Shown here one piece after another: positions 22,356 to 40,856 of a stretch of DNA of 64,000 bases. Origin of the DNA: the human T2T-CHM13v2.0 reference genome, Homo sapiens; the NCBI RefSeq assembly GCF_009914755.1, contig NC_060933.1; one strand, given 5' to 3'. A program made the position numbers and the translations under genes. The notes beneath the pieces were generated by a model that ran no database searches, had not been told where the DNA came from, and saw only the letters and a list, made by a program, of their open reading frames with translations. Within the stretch, counting starts at the first letter, position 1; each line of letters begins with the position of its first letter.

Positions 22356-23553
22356 CTGGAAAGAAAAAGAAAGAATTATGTTCTTTACCTAAAACATTTC
22401 AGTTAACAAAGTGTAAGTTTAAAATCTAAAGAGTTGAGAACGTTATCAGAGTTAATAAGAATGAGAAATATGTACGTACAATTACAATACAAAATTATTA
22501 TTAAATAATTTACACATGGCATTAATTCTAATTGTGGTTAAATATCACAGCTTTTTCATTCTTCATTCATGTACTCAACAGCCACATGCTAAGGTACTAG
22601 AACGAGCACTGGAATTACAAGATGAAGATGGCATGGTCCACCTCCCAATAGTCATATGCTATAACCTAAAAGACAGGCAGGTAATGTCCATATAGAGTCA
22701 TAAATACCATGTCAGGTATACAGCAGGGCACTACTGGAACACACAGAAGGGACATCTATCCCACTTTTGTGTCAATATCATGGGCATTCTGGTGGAGGGG
22801 ATGGATAAGTTGATGCCTGAAGGACAAGGAAAATCTTGCCAGATAGAGGGAAGAGGCGAAAGCAAAGAGCCTGAGGTAACAAAGAGCCCTGTGGAGTTCT
22901 ACTCTGTCCACTTTGGTGCTAGAGCAAAGGGCAGAGTGCAGTAAGTGGCAAGAGACAAGGCTGAGTAACCTGACAAGAATTACATTGACATGGGTGTTTT
23001 TATTTCATGGTGAAATTTTTGGAACTTTTCCTGAGAACAGATGTAAGCCAATGACACAGTAAATGACAGGAGATTTAAAATGTCACCTGTCAAGTGACTG
23101 CTTATGAAGGGTTATTGCTCAGCTAAGTATTTCTAAATGAATCTGAGGCCTGTTGGCCTTCAATCTCTACCAAAATCCTGAGAACCTGATGATGCCTTTG
23201 TTTTTGGAGAATCGTTTCAGTGTGCCAGCTGACAGTTCCATGAGGATGGCAAAAGTGAAGAAATTGTAGAGCCAGTAAAAAAGAGATGGATACACTTCTT
23301 GGGAATTTTTTAAGCTATGGAACAGTAAAAAGAGATGGATACACTTCTTGGGAATTTTTTAAGCTATGAATTAATGGTGCATAAGTATACTCTTCACTGT
23401 GAAAGTTTTTGTTTTCACATCTTTCATTAGATATGTGTAAGAAAAAGATACCATAGTATCTACTAACCCAACAATGAAAAGGAATGCCATTTGCTATTTA
23501 CACTTTATTACTAAAATAAACCTAAATTTAATTAATACATTTTGGCAACATAC

Positions 23554-23599
23554 TTTTCTTTGTTTCTGTAATTATTTGTTCTACACAGTCCGGCTCCAT
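23554..23599 (-). pseudogene. ANKRD18 exon (MEPDCVEQIITETKK)
   Basis: Acceptor ttattttag, donor gtatgt; 46 bp. Confidence 0.75.
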
Positions 23600-23904
23600 C
23601 TAAAATAAGTAAAAAAACATGATAATGTTTAAGTTAAACAAGAGACATTATCATGAGATTAATATATCACTTACAAAATGTGGCCTTTAGTATTTTTAGT
23701 GACTAGACATAACATGAAGTTTGCTTAAATAGAAAAATAATCACATAAGTAAAGTAAAATTTCTACTTATTTTAAGTTGAGATAATAGAGGATGTTTCTG
23801 TGTAATGCTGTTTAGAGTAATCTGACAAAAATAGATAATATTGGTCTATTAGATATAAATAATTTTAGAAAAGTGGTGTTTTATTAGTACAAAGGTTAAA
23901 CAAT

Positions 23905-24255
<351 letters not shown>

Positions 24256-24389
24256 TTAGCAAAACTCTGTTCTTTATAAAAGTTTAATCCATTTTTTTAC
24301 TTCAATAAATTTTTTCTTAAAAAGAAATTTATATTCTTTACTTATTAAAAAAATTTGTATAGTAAAGTTTTCTTTTTTTCTAGTTTGTA

Positions 24390-24917
24390 TTCTAAATTAA
24401 AGTGGTACCTGTGTAAGTTTCTTCCAAAAGTATATTGAGGAATGCTGAGGTTTGGAGTAAAATTGAACCCATCACACAGGTAGTGAGCATAGGACCCAAG
24501 AAGTAGTTTCTCAACCCTGGCCCACTCTGTGCCTCCCCATTCTTATTTCCCGGTGTCTATTGCTCCCATGTTTATGTCAATGTGCACCTAATGTGTAGCT
24601 CCCACATATGAGTGAAAACGAGATATTTGGTTTCTGTTTCTGCGTTAGTTTGCTTAGGATAGTGGATTCCAGTTGTATCCATGTTGCTGCAAAGGACATG
24701 ATTTTGTTCTTTTCATGGCTGCATAGTACTCCATGGTATATATGGAATTTTCCAATCTACCTTGGATTTTCAATCTACCTTGGGTGCACCTGGATTGACT
24801 CCATGTCTTTGCTATTGTGAATAGTGCTGCAATGAACATACATGTGCATGCATCTTTTTGTTACAATGGTTTATTTTCCTTTAGGTATACCCCTAGTATA
24901 GTAATGGGGTTGCTGCA
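24390..24917 (-). mobile_element. L1 3'-end fragment (L1P-type)
   Basis: catgttgctgcaaaggacatgatt..gctattgtgaatagtgctgcaatgaacata. Confidence 0.85.
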
Positions 24918-25087
24918 TGTGGGATTACACGTGCCTGTCACCACGCCTGGCTAATTTTTGTAGTTTTAGTAGAGATGGGGTTTCATCATGTTGGCCAGGC
25001 TGGTCTCAAACTGCTGACCTCAGGTGATCCACCTGCCTCTGCCTCCCAAACTGCTGGGATTATAGGCGTGAGCCACTGCACCTGGCC
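24918..25087 (-). mobile_element. Truncated Alu
   Basis: Left arm plus linker only. Confidence 0.9.
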
Positions 25088-25284
25088 AAGCACAAAGCTT
25101 TTAACAGAAAAATGGAAATGAACCTTTCAATGTTTTGTTTATTTAATTCATAAAATGCACTTATTTTGGATTCTATTAAATAATAAATATCTATATGTGG
25201 TTAAGTGTTTGGTTGCCAGTCATTCACTTGTGATTATAGGTGGACAGAGTTAAGATGGTGCAAAGAAACTTTAGAAGTGGTATG

Positions 25285-25647
<363 letters not shown>

Positions 25648-25904
25648 TTATTTGGCAATAACATGCAATTTCTAAAAGCTAACTTAAATGCAGCTTTTAA
25701 AGAAATTTTAAATATGTCAGTTTAGCCACATTTATTGAATAAAGTTAGCCAATGGGTGCCTCTTGAAAATGAGAGCTCTGGGGAGTTAAAAAATGTAAAG
25801 TTCCCATTTCCTTTCTGTGTTAACAAAGCCAATTATAATCTTTAGTTAGCATGCATAAGTCAACAGAACAACTCAGTATTTCACCAAATTAAAAACAAGA
25901 ATTA

Positions 25905-26170
<266 letters not shown>

Positions 26171-27521
26171 CTGTAAAGAGAGCAAAGACAAATGCTTAGT
26201 ATTTCATTTTTCCTTGAATGATTCTTAGTGACTTGCATTTTTTGAAAAGTTGCCCTTAGAGTAAACCAAATTACCCACTAAACAGTGTTTTCACATTAAT
26301 ATGTGTGAGAGCATACCTCTTGTAAGTAATTATAATTTTAAAATCATTCTAAATAAGTCTATGTGTTTCTAAGTTGATTTCTACTGAACAAGCAGTTCAA
26401 AGTAGACAGGGAAGAGAAATGGCTATCAGTGATGTATGGCTCAGTAGGTAACCTAGCTGCCTTCTAAAATAGCTCTACTTGTAAGATTCTAAAGATTCCT
26501 TTAGAAATATTTGTATTTAAAGGGTAACTATGTGGGAAAATGATTGTGTTAATTTGCTCGACTATAAGAACCACTTCATTATAAATAATTATATCAAAGC
26601 ATCATGTTGTACTCCTTAAATAATGTAGATTAAGAAAACTAAAATGAACAAAAATAATCTAGAAATACTTGTGTTTAGTAAACCAGTTTCATGTTTCACC
26701 CTTGTACATTTCACCCATTATCTAAGAACACTTAAGTATTTGGCACTGAGGAATAACTCAGAGCAACAACTCCTGGGGTAGAACTAGACTGGTTGGTGAT
26801 CAAAAAGAACTAAAACATCTCTGAAGGCAATTAGCCCTCAACACTGTGACCAAGGCACTGGAGGTGGGGTTGTTCTTTCTGCCTTCCACACACCCCTTCA
26901 GGCTGAACAAAGTGTTATTTTTGAACCACCTTGTGGATTACACTTCTTTTCATTCCTGTGATAATTATTCCCTATTTCACAAGGATGCCTTTATGTAACA
27001 TCTTGAAAATGTTATGCAAATAGTCTTTCTTGAGGCACCCTCTAGTGATAACACCTAAAGATCACAATCAAAAACAATCCCTGCCTGAGTGCCAGGATGT
27101 GCCCAGAGTAGCAGTATCACTTGACACTTCGGGTTTAGGTTGTGATCTACCAAAAAATAAATTAAACTCGTTAATATTTCCATTTAGGGAAATTCTGACA
27201 AGTAATTTTATAACAAGATCACTTTGTTAATCATAAAGCTTCAAAAATACTTAGCGAAAAAAACTAACAGGTCAGGTTAACTACATGAGACTTTTCAGGG
27301 GAAAAAAGCCACATAAAAACAAAAAAGGAGAAGAGAGACAGAAACTATCCTTGATGAACATTTTAAAGGTAGGATTATTTACTAACATTATTTTCCAAAA
27401 TTACATTATCAAATTAGCATTCACTTCCTACTGATCCCCTGAAGCCATCTCACTAAAAATTATGCTTTCAAAACAAATTAATGAGCTTAATTCATTTTCT
27501 ATGAGTATATGTTTGGACTTA

Positions 27522-27734
<213 letters not shown>

Positions 27735-28324
27735 CTAAAATGAAAATACACTTTTAAAACAATTATAAGTTAATTACCATATGTTTGTTGCCTTTCATTT
27801 TGAATCAGTGATTCGAAGAGCAATTTTGAATATGTTAAAAAGAGGCTGAAGCTTAAAATATTTATCAGCAATATCAACAAAACTAATAACTGAATTCAGA
27901 ATTAAGTCTGATTTATAAAAATTTGAAATCATAATTATGTTAGTATTAATGTAATCTGGTCCTATAAAAAGTAATAGAATCCACTTATAATTTTAAAAAG
28001 TGAACAATGAACAACGTAGCTTAAGACCAATTCAAAAGTATCATATAATTTCTAAATCACAGTTTTCTCTTATGCCAACTCATCTTAATCATCAAATCCC
28101 CCCTTTTACTCTATAGTGAGAATCATTACTTTGAAAGACTGATTTTGTTATAATAATAATGGAAATTTAAATATTTAAAAGGAAAAAACATCACTTTTTT
28201 TTCTAGAACTCTACAAAGGAAATTGCCGTAAGAGAGGCAGAGGAAACACAATATATACATATCCAAAATATAGTTTGCAGTGAAATAAATGAAAGCCCAT
28301 TACAGATAAACTTACCTGATTTTA

Positions 28325-28717
<393 letters not shown>

Positions 28718-29064
28718 TTATCTATAATGCAGTAGATTCTTCAAATGTGAACCCTTAAATTACTCAGAATTTTAAGAACAAAGTTAAAGCTACCATGAGT
28801 CACAAAAATATGCTTTACTGTCATCATCTTTGCCACGGAACTTTTGCACTTGCTTTTACTTTTATTTTTCTAATAATTCATTTTTGTTCCTCCTTAAATG
28901 GCACTAAGTTATCTCTTAGTAAAAAGTGTCTAACCCTCTTCCCTCATCATCATTCCCCAAAATTTGTCAAAAAAACTTTCAGAGATATCATATTGAGTTA
29001 TTTAGGCCAAAGTCAATAAATGGCTCTCAGAATAAAACTTTGAAAATAATATAATACTCTACAC

Positions 29065-29356
29065 TAGGCATGGTAGCTCATGCTTGTAATCCCAGCACTT
29101 TAGGAGGCAGTGGCAGAAAGATCACTGGAGGCCAGGAATTTGAGATCAGCCAGAGCAACATAGTGAGACCCCCATCTCTACAAAAAAAAATTTTTTTAAA
29201 ATTAGCCAGGCATGGTGGCTCAGGCCTGTAGACCCAGCTAGTTGGGAGACTGAGGCAAAAGGATGGCTTGTACCCAGAGTTCAGGGCTGCAGTGAATTAT
29301 GACCACATCACAGCACTTCTGCCTGGATGATAGACAAAGACCATATCTCAAAAAAA
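29065..29356 (+). mobile_element. Alu (J-type)
   Basis: Diverged dimer, 'caacatagtgagacccc'. Confidence 0.9.
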
Positions 29357-29419
29357 CACAAAATAATGAATCCTGTAAATAAGAATTCTGATACCATAAG
29401 CCTTTCCCCAAATCGCACA

Positions 29420-31180
29420 GGTTTCATGCTAATTTGAATTGCATTTTAAGAAGTAATGATTCTTGGGGTAAAGGCCATAGAATACAGCACCCAGAAATAA
29501 ATCCACATATTTACAGCCAACTTATTTTGGAATAAGGTACCAAGAACATACATTGGGGAAAGGACACCCTCTTCAAATGAATGACACTGGGAAACTATCC
29601 ATATGAGGAATGATACTAGCTTCCTATCTAACACCATATAGCAAAATAAACTCAGAATCGATTGAAGACTGAAATGTAAGGCCCAAAATTATCAAACTAT
29701 TACAAGTAAACATAGGGAAAATGCTTCAGGACATTAGTCTGCACAAAGATTTGTATAGGTAAGACATCAGAAGCATAGGCAAAAAACAAATGATAGACAA
29801 ATGGTACTACAACTGAGTGAAGAGAAAACCTGTAGAATGGAAGAAAATATTTTCAAGCTATTCATCTAATAAAAGACAAATATCCAAAATACACAAGGAA
29901 CTCAAATACCCTGACAGTAAACAAAAATAATCTGAGTTCAAAACTAGGCAAAAGATCTGATTAGATATTTCTCTTTTTTTTAAGAGAAAAAAAGAAATAC
30001 AAATGGCCAATAAATACATTTAAAAATGTTCAGTATCACTAATCATCAGGGAAATACAAATCAAACCTACAATGTGATATAATCTTGCTCCATTTCAATA
30101 AATGGCTGTCATAGAAAACACAAAAAAAAGTGCTGGTGAGGTTTCAGAGAACAGTGAACTCTTACATGCTGTTGGTGGGAAGGTAAATTAGTGCAGCTAC
30201 TATAGAAAACAACATGAGGTTTTCTCAAAAAATGAACAATGGAACTGCCGAGGGAGCAACCCCACTACTGGGTATTCAGGCGATAGAAAAGAAAACAATA
30301 GATCACAATGATACTTGTCCTCATATGTTTATTGTAGCACTATTCACAACAGCTAATGTATAAAATCAACCTACATGTCCATCAACAAATGAATGGACAA
30401 AAAAATTGTGGTACACATACACAATGGAATACTCACCATATAAAAAAATGAAATCCTCTTACTTGTAGCCACATGGATCAGTCTGGAGGATATTACATTA
30501 AGTGCAGACACAGAAAGATAAATACTGTACATTCGCACTCATGTGTGGGAGCTAAAGAAAAATTGAGGGCTGGGCAACATGGCTGATGCCTGTAATTTCC
30601 CAGCACTTTGAAACACCGAGGCAGGAGAATCACTTGAAGCCAAAAGTTCCAGAGCAGCCTGAGCAACATAGAGAGACATCTCTACAAAGTAAAAAATCAA
30701 ACAGGTGCAATGGTGCACTCCCATAATCCTAGCTGCTCAGGAGGGGTGAGGTCAGAGGATCACATGGGCCCAAGAGTTTGAGGCTGCAGTGAGCTATGAT
30801 CAAATCACCCTCTAGTCTGGATGACTACAGTTGCCCAGAGCCCAGACTACATTAGCAAGACCCTGTCTCTTAACAACAAAAAAGCTCATAGAAGTAGAGG
30901 GAGGGAGTCTGGTTAATGGATACAGAATTACAGTTAGATAAGAGGAATGAGTTCTGATGTTCTGTGGCATTGTAGGGTGAATATGGTTAACTATGATTTA
31001 TTGAATATTTTTAAAAAGCTAGAAGATTTTGAATATTCACAATTCAAAGAAATGAAAAATGGTTGAAGTAGTAAGAAGTAGTAAACATGCTAGTTAGCTT
31101 GATCATTACGCACCATATAAATGTATCAAAATGTCACTCTATAGCCCATAATTATGTATATACATATCAATTAAAACAAA
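29420..31180 (+). mobile_element. Old L1 (L1M-type) ORF2/3'UTR fragments, interrupted by an AluJ at ~30567-30882
   Basis: L1 motifs such as atcactaatcatcagggaaatacaaatcaaacc, tgtccatcaacaaatgaatgga and cagttagataagaggaatgagttc. Confidence 0.85.
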
Positions 31181-31239
31181 ACAGAATCTATATTCATCCC
31201 ATTAAAAGAATAGAATATGGGTCATCCTTACTGATGGCC

Positions 31240-31600
31240 TTCTCCAAATGAATAGAATGCAGTACAAGGGATACCATGTGGCTTCCCTATCTCATCTCAG
31301 ACTGCTTTCCCTTTGAACTCAGCCCCCAGATTGTGAGAGAGATCAGTCCACAAAGACAGCCTGGGAGTGCCAGTGTCAGTGTTCATGCTGCCTGCCCCAG
31401 CCAAGGTTCCAGCCAATGGCCAGCATCAACCATCAAACACATGGGTGAGCAAAGCTTCAGATGATTCAATTTCTCCAACTTCCTAGGGAAGCTTAGGGGA
31501 GCAGAGGCAAGCTGTCCTGGCCAATCTTTTTCCAAACCACAGGTTCATGAACAATATAAATGTTTTTCTTTTAAGCCACAAAACTCTGGGTAATTGTTAG
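31240..31600 (+). mobile_element. MLT1-like (old MaLR) LTR fragment
   Basis: ccagcatcaaccatcaaacacatgggtgagc..ttttaagccacaaaactctgggtaattgtta. Confidence 0.55.
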
Positions 31601-33583
31601 AAAAATAAGTTTAAAAAAGAGACAACAGGAAACATAACTTATGTAGCAGAAAAGAGTCTCCTTTAAAATAGGATCTAATAAATGTTGAGATTAATTTATT
31701 GATGAGAAACATTATTGAGAAGCAGCAGATAACCAGGAGAGAGATGTAAGCTGCTGAGGAGGAACTTTTCCTAAAACCCCCTTCAATTATGAACTCTGAT
31801 AACAAGGCAAGGGTGTCTCCTTACAATTTCCCCACAAGTTAGGAAATAAGACTGTGAAGCAAGAAGACGTATGATTTGAAAAACAACTGGAAATGCTTGG
31901 TTACATAACCAAAATCAGACATTTACCTGATTTCAATTAATGAAAATTCTAAAAGAAGAAGCTTTGAGTATTTATTAATCAATCTAGTATTCGATTTTCA
32001 TTTTCCTTTTTCTCAATGAGGAAATAAGGAGAAAATTATGGAATGACTTTTACTCTTCACAGAAGTAAAATAAACATAGCATACTTTGAGTGTTAAGACA
32101 TCAAATGCAATTTCTCCTTTACCTTACTTCACATTTGTTTGTATGGAGACGTTAAGACCATCCCATCTCTATATTATACCACAATGCTTCTCTATAGCAC
32201 ACAACTTGGCTCTGAAATTTTGAAATTCAAAATACTAATCTACTATTTGTCTCTGATAAATTGCCTGAATATTACCTGATTTTTAAGTGCTGCACTCCTA
32301 AAACTTTTTCTTGGAATGAGTTAAACTTTTTGTTCCAAGAATCCTCTACTGAGCTAGAAAGCAGAGCTGTGCATCTCTGTTTCAGTAAAAGGAGGTCAAT
32401 ACAGAAACTGTGGTTTCTGAGAATGCAAGATCTGCACCAAGAAAAGGATTAGCCACAGTGCTACCCAAGAGAACCAGTTACCAGGTGGAAAGAGGATCTG
32501 CAAACTGAAAGATGATGACTTCACTTGATTTCCACTGAGGAAAGCTGGCAGCTCAGACTTAAACTTCTCCTTCTTGGATGGTAAACATCTATGGATGATT
32601 CTATGAATTATAATGAGTTAGTAAAACATAAGGCACCAAATAGTAGACTATGTCAGCAGATTCTGTGACCAAAATTTACTGAAAATGAAACTATAGAGGG
32701 AGGCACTAGATAAGAGACTAAGGGTTTGAATGGAGAAAAAAAGAAATAGTGTGTCTTGTAAGGCTGACTTCCCATCATGTCTTAGAGTAAGTAAGTTATA
32801 AGCTGGCCAGAGACTCCTTTGAGATACAAAAGGTGAAGTTAAAGATATTCTACTACATTTAATTTTTATTATGACATAAGATAACTGGTAATAGGCAACA
32901 TGATTGAAAAAATTTTCTCATTAAATTTGATTTGGTCCTGGTATAAGAATAGACATAAACTAAGAATTGATAATCTAAAAATAAACCTGCACATTTACAG
33001 TCAATTGATTTTATACAAGGTTAACAAAAAAACAGAATAGGAAAAGCATAGACTTTTCAATAAATGATATTGGAACAACTGGGTATCCATGTGCAAAAAA
33101 AAATTATAAAGTTGGACTCTCACCTAATATCATATTTAAAAATTAACTCAAAATAAAACAGGTAAATGTAACAGGTAAAACTATAAAACTCTCAGAAGAA
33201 AACATTGGTATAAATCTTTGTGAAGATATAAAGATGGATAATAAGCACATTAATAGATGCTTAATGTAATTAGTCATTAGGAAAATGTAAATCAAAACCA
33301 CCTTGTGGTATCACTTCACACCACAGGATGAAATCTTTGTTCAATAAAAAAAGAAAATAAGTGTTAGGAAAAATGTAAAGAGATTAAAGCCCTTAACCAA
33401 TGCTGCTGGGGATGTAAAGTGGTGCAGCCACTTTGGAAAACAAACTGGCAGCTCCTCGAAAGGTTAAGCATGAAGTTACCATATGACCCAGAAATTCCAG
33501 TCATAAGTATATACTCCAGAAAAATAAAAACATATGCAAGCACAAAAACTCATACATAAATGTTTACAGCAGCATTATTATTA

Positions 33584-33880
<297 letters not shown>

Positions 33881-34019
33881 TATAGCAGCATTATTAATAA
33901 GAATCAAAAACTGGAAAGAACCCAAAGGTCCATCACCTCATGAATGGTTACATAAAATGTTTGATGCATCCATACAATGGAATATTACTCAGCAATAAGA
34001 AGAAATTAAGTACTGATAC

Positions 34020-34448
34020 TGATAGAAGCAGGAGACAGCAAAATGCCTAGGCAGATATGGAAGGGTCCCCAGAGAATCTCCAGGCACACAAGTGTCTACC
34101 ACAGATAAAACATCTGGTGCAGATAAGGGAACCTGCACAGGGGCTTGCCTGGACATGCCAGCAGCAGACTGGAGGCCCACATGCACTGGGGAGTTGGGGT
34201 GGAGCCACCAAGAATTCATGCCTTATGCAGAGGAGGAGCCTGGCCTCTTCAGCTAATGTGTGCTGGTCCTGGTATTCAATTGTGAGGTGGAAATCTGTTT
34301 GCAGGACCCCTCTCTTTGCTGAGAGCTTCCCTTTCACTTAATAAATTCTGTCCTTTTCACCCTTCAATGTGTCCACATGGCTAATTTTTCCTGGTCATGA
34401 GAGAAGAACCCAGATTTAGCTGAACTAAGGAGCAAAAGCCCTGCATCA
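34020..34448 (+). mobile_element. Solo ERV1-class LTR
   Basis: TGAT..ATCA termini, internal AATAAA, 4-bp TSD atac (34016-34019 / 34449-34452). Confidence 0.85.
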
Positions 34449-34974
34449 ATACCTGCTACAGCACAGATGCAGCATGAAAAATTATGTTAAGTGAAATAAG
34501 CCAGTCACAGTAGACCACTTGCTTTTTATTTCAGAGGCTTATAGGCAAATCTATACAAAGAAGGTGAGTGGTTCCCTAGGGCTGAGGGAGGAAGGGAAAA
34601 CTAGTGAAGATAGCTAAATGATGTGGGGTTTGTTTTTAGGGTGATGAAAATATTCTAAAATTGATTGTAATGATGATTACATAACTCTCTGAAAATACTA
34701 AAATTCAAAGACTTGTATATTTTAAAGGAGTGAATTGCATGGTGTGTTAATTATTTCTCAATAAACCTGTTACACCCCGAAATTTATTTGGTACTAGTGA
34801 TCTGGAGACATGGGCTGCTTGGTTTCAGATCACTGGCCAGGGTTCAAAACATAAGAGAATCAACAGCATGTCTTTTGTATAGAAAAATACATACATATAT
34901 ATATTTTAAAGTATCCTTTTTATTAGTATCAAGTCTGTAAAATTAAATGAATAATCTTTCACTTCTTAAAGCAC

Positions 34975-35800
34975 TGAGAGATTTATATTGAGGAGCAAGA
35001 CCTTGTATTCTTTTGCCCCAATTTCTATCTAAAGGGTCTGGGAATCACACCCTTCAATCAAATCTCATCAGATGGGTTTTATTAACTCTTATAATGTGGC
35101 TTACTTTCTAACCTGATTCTGGCACAGCATCACAGAGAGAAGGAGCTGAAAAAAATCAAAGTATTTTACCCCCAAATATATAGTTTTTGACATATTTTGA
35201 AATGGCTGTTGCAGGGCCAAGAGATTCAAATGGCCGTACAAAGCTGTCTTTTGTGGGGGAATTTGCATCTGTAAGAAGTCTTCATTAATGTAGCCCAATC
35301 TCTCCCCTTCTAGGTCTTCCCAGATCTAGCGAAGATTAACTAAGATCCTGATGCATTTAAAGTCTGAAAAGATATATTTACCATCTATTTTCTCTGAGGG
35401 CTGCCAGCTAGGAGGCTTCATCTACATAATAAGAACCTTAACCTCCATAATGACCTTATCTTAATTAAGGCCGTCCTTTATAGCTATTTCCAGTTTTAGA
35501 CAACAGATTTTCTTTATCAATTGTCACCTAAAGAATCCTTAATACCCACCTATGACTTGTTAGCCCCTCTTTTTGATGTCCCACTTTTAGGCTGAGCCAA
35601 TGTATGCCTTCCTCATATTGATTTATGATTTTCCCTACAACTCTGTCTGCTGGAAATGTACAAAACCAAACTGTAATGTGACTGTCTCATGAAACATTCT
35701 CCAGAGCTCTTGAGATTGGGTAATCCAGGGCCACAGTCACCATACTGGCTCAGAATCAACCTCCTTAAATGTATTTTGGCCGAATTTGGGTTTATCCATC
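34975..35800 (+). mobile_element. MER4-family ERV1 LTR
   Basis: caaatctcatcagatgggttttattaac..gattaactaaga..cagtcaccatactggctcagaatcaacctc. Confidence 0.7.
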
Positions 35801-35884
35801 ATTAATATTTCTCCAAATTACATAATTGTAATCCCCAAACTGATTTAAAATTACCTTATGTTTAAATATGAATTATTGTATTAT

Positions 35885-36355
35885 AAAGATAAATGTATTT
35901 GTATGTTCATTGCAGCATTATTCACAATAGCAAAGACATGGAATCAACCCAGATGTCCATCAATGATAGACAGGACAAAAAAATGTGGTGTATATACATC
36001 ATGGAATACTATGGAGCCATACAAATGAATGAGATCATGCTTTTTGCAGGGACATGGATGAACTCGAAGCTGTTATCCTCAGCAAACTAATGCAGGAACA
36101 AAAAACCAAACACTGCATCTTCTCACTTATAAGCGGGAGGTGAATGATGAGAACACAAGGACTTGGGGAGGGGAACAACAAACACTGGGGCTTGTTGGGG
36201 TCAGGAGGGAGAGCATCAAAATTAATAGCTAATGCCTATGGGGCTTAATACCTAGGTGATGGATTGATATGTGCAGCAAACCATCATGGCACACATTTAC
36301 CTATGTAACAAACCTGCACCTCTCGCACATGTAATCTAGACCTTAAGATAAAATA
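35885..36355 (+). mobile_element. L1PA 3' end
   Basis: gcagcaaaccatcatggcacacatttacctatgtaacaaacctgcac. Confidence 0.9.
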
Positions 36356-36367
36356 ATAATTTTTTTA

Positions 36368-36520
<153 letters not shown>

Positions 36521-36744
36521 CTAGTAAGTCAAGTATTTTTAAGAGTAAATATTTAATAATTGTTTAAACAGATATTATGTTATGGCATATCAAAGAAACA
36601 AATCTATAAACTATGATCCTCTCAGTTTCAACTGAACATAGTTTGAAAGCATTCTATATGAAATTATAATCTTAGATAAATAATATGAAGAACAATTTTA
36701 TGGCATATATGGCAGGTAAAGTGATATTATAGCCATACAGTTTT

Positions 36745-37040
<296 letters not shown>

Positions 37041-37989
37041 TAACCATACAGTTTTTTATAAACTATTCATATCCATTTTGGTATGCTAAGATAAAATAAC
37101 ATATTAGTAAATATAAGGCATAACCAAGAGTTGAGTAACCAAGATTAAAAAAAAGTAAAACACATATATGTTTGAGAAAGACACAAAAATACATTTTGAT
37201 ATCCGTTGACCACAGTCTATAAGAAGAAAAAAAAGTACACACAAAAAGCACAAGGACATTATTCAATGTAGAAAAAGAGAAGAAAACATCTTTAATGTCT
37301 GAATTGAGGAGAAAAAGAAAACAGGCAGTTTTAGAAAAAAGGAAAGGTGGAGAGAGATATGTGATGATTTAAAGACTTTGAAGAAGAGATCTAGAGATCT
37401 TTACTGACATAATGTCAATAAAATGAAAGATACAAAACCATGTAGAGAAAGGCAATGACAGAAAAATGTTGATTAGAATCAGAAAACCAACTTAAGTGCT
37501 CAGTAAATACATAGAAAAGTAGCTGCGTTCAGGGCTTCAAAGACACATTCCATTTTTTAAAAAAAAAATCTGTGATCAAAACATGAATGCTCATTTTACT
37601 CTTTTTCTTTAGGTTATACTTTTTTTATATATAAAATTTATTTCTGTAAAACAGAAGTTTAATAAGATGTATACTTCATGTATACAATGGAGGTACCCAC
37701 ATAAAATGAGTAAATTTCCATGATATGTTTTATATCTAAAAGAAAAACAAAGAAGCAGAAACAAAATACAAGCTATATATGAAGATAAATTTTGATGTTA
37801 AAGAAGGACACAAATAGGTCTTTAAAAAATTTGAATACAGCAGAGAATATTACAAAAGGAAGAAAAGATGACCAAATATAGCAAAAATGTCTTCAGAAAT
37901 AAAAGTTCAAACTAGATAATGAAGAGTGCACTTGACATTACATGTCAAAGCGTTGTCATTATTGTTTTCAAAACCATTAAAGAATATGT

Positions 37990-38292
37990 TGCTAAGTGCA
38001 GTGGCTTATGCCAACTTTGGGAGGCCAAGGAGGGTGGATCATGAGGTCAGGAGTTCGAGACCAGCCTGACCAACATAGTGAAACCCCATCTCTACTAAAA
38101 ATACAAAAATTAGCCAGGCGGGGTGGTGCACCCCTGTTATCACAGCTATTCAGGAGTCTGAGGCAAGTGAATCACTTGAACCCAGGAGGTGGAGGTTGCA
38201 GTGAGCCGAGATCATGTCATTGCTCTCCAGCCTGGGTGACAGAGCCAGACTGTGTCTCAAAAGATAAATAAATAAATAAATAAATAAAAATA
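37990..38292 (+). mobile_element. Alu with (TAAA)n tail
   Basis: Dimer followed by taaa repeats. Confidence 0.93.
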
Positions 38293-38647
38293 AGTGTAAT
38301 GTTTTGGCTTTCAAAAAAATTTCAGACTGTGTTCTTTTTTCACATATTTTTAATATAAATTTTTTCATCCCAACCTCGCCCCAGCAGCTCAGCTGACTCC
38401 AACCCCCTGTTTCTCCCCTTCCATCGGACTCTATGACACATGGTCTCATCCAGAGATCTATTTTTCATCACTTATTTTGTTTTTATACTGAAATTTGATT
38501 TTTTAAATAATTCCAACAAAAAAGTCCAAGGGTCATGGACTCCCGCTCACATGCCTATAAAGTTGTGAGTTTCTGAAATACATTTAAAAATAGAATTCGT
38601 TTAATTATGAAAATGCAGACATAAAATGAATTTGTATCAAGGTTTCA

Positions 38648-38878
<231 letters not shown>

Positions 38879-39521
38879 CTATCTTAAAAATATTATTTCT
38901 CATAAGTTGATGAATAATATGTATTTAGGCAGTTGTATGAAGTGCATTTTATAAACCTGATGCCAATAACGACAGATTTCAAAACTAGTCATTTTCTGAA
39001 AACAGCTAAAAAATATTCACACTTTCATCATTATCTTTTCTGAAATTTAAACTGCCAAAAATGTTTGTTAAAAATGAGAGTTTTTACACATAAAATACTA
39101 AGGGTTAGTAAGATAAATTAAGAGTAGTTATATTTATATTTACATTTTAGTTTTTAAAGATGCTCTAAAAACTTTGTCATTAATAGTTTAAGATATTCCA
39201 AGTTAAATTACATCTTACTAAGATGATTTTTAGAAAACTCTTATCTAGTTCCCATTACATTTTTGATCCTCATCTGTCTTCAGGCTGAGCTAAATACTGT
39301 CATTCTCTGTAAGTATTCACCTGTAGGTTTCAGTTTTTCCCTGTCTCTTAACCATTTCTCTTTAAACAAATTTTATTTTTTCTATAATAAATAATAACTT
39401 TTATCTACTTTTTGTGGCTTTTCTATTATCCTGTTTCTCCCCTTCCATTGGACTCTATGACACAGGGTCTCATCCAGAGATCTATTTTTTATCACTTATT
39501 GTGTTTTTATATTGAAACTTG

Positions 39522-40090
<569 letters not shown>

Positions 40091-40370
40091 TGCTACTCCT
40101 CTTTTTAAATTCTCTCATAACTGCTAAAATCTCAAAACGTTAACCTGGATTCCCTAATATAAATTTCCAGCTCTGACCTTTTTACTGAGCCCTCTTCCCT
40201 CTAGTACACATATTATAGGCAATATTCTCAACCACACACTCATACATTGCTACTTGGTGCAGATTACTTTTGTAGATAGTGAATCTTGTCTATTTTATGT
40301 TGATTCTTATGGATGTTACTTTGAGTACAGTGTTATTTTCTAATCTTGAAGGGGACTGTCTCACCCTTAG

Positions 40371-40856
<486 letters not shown>

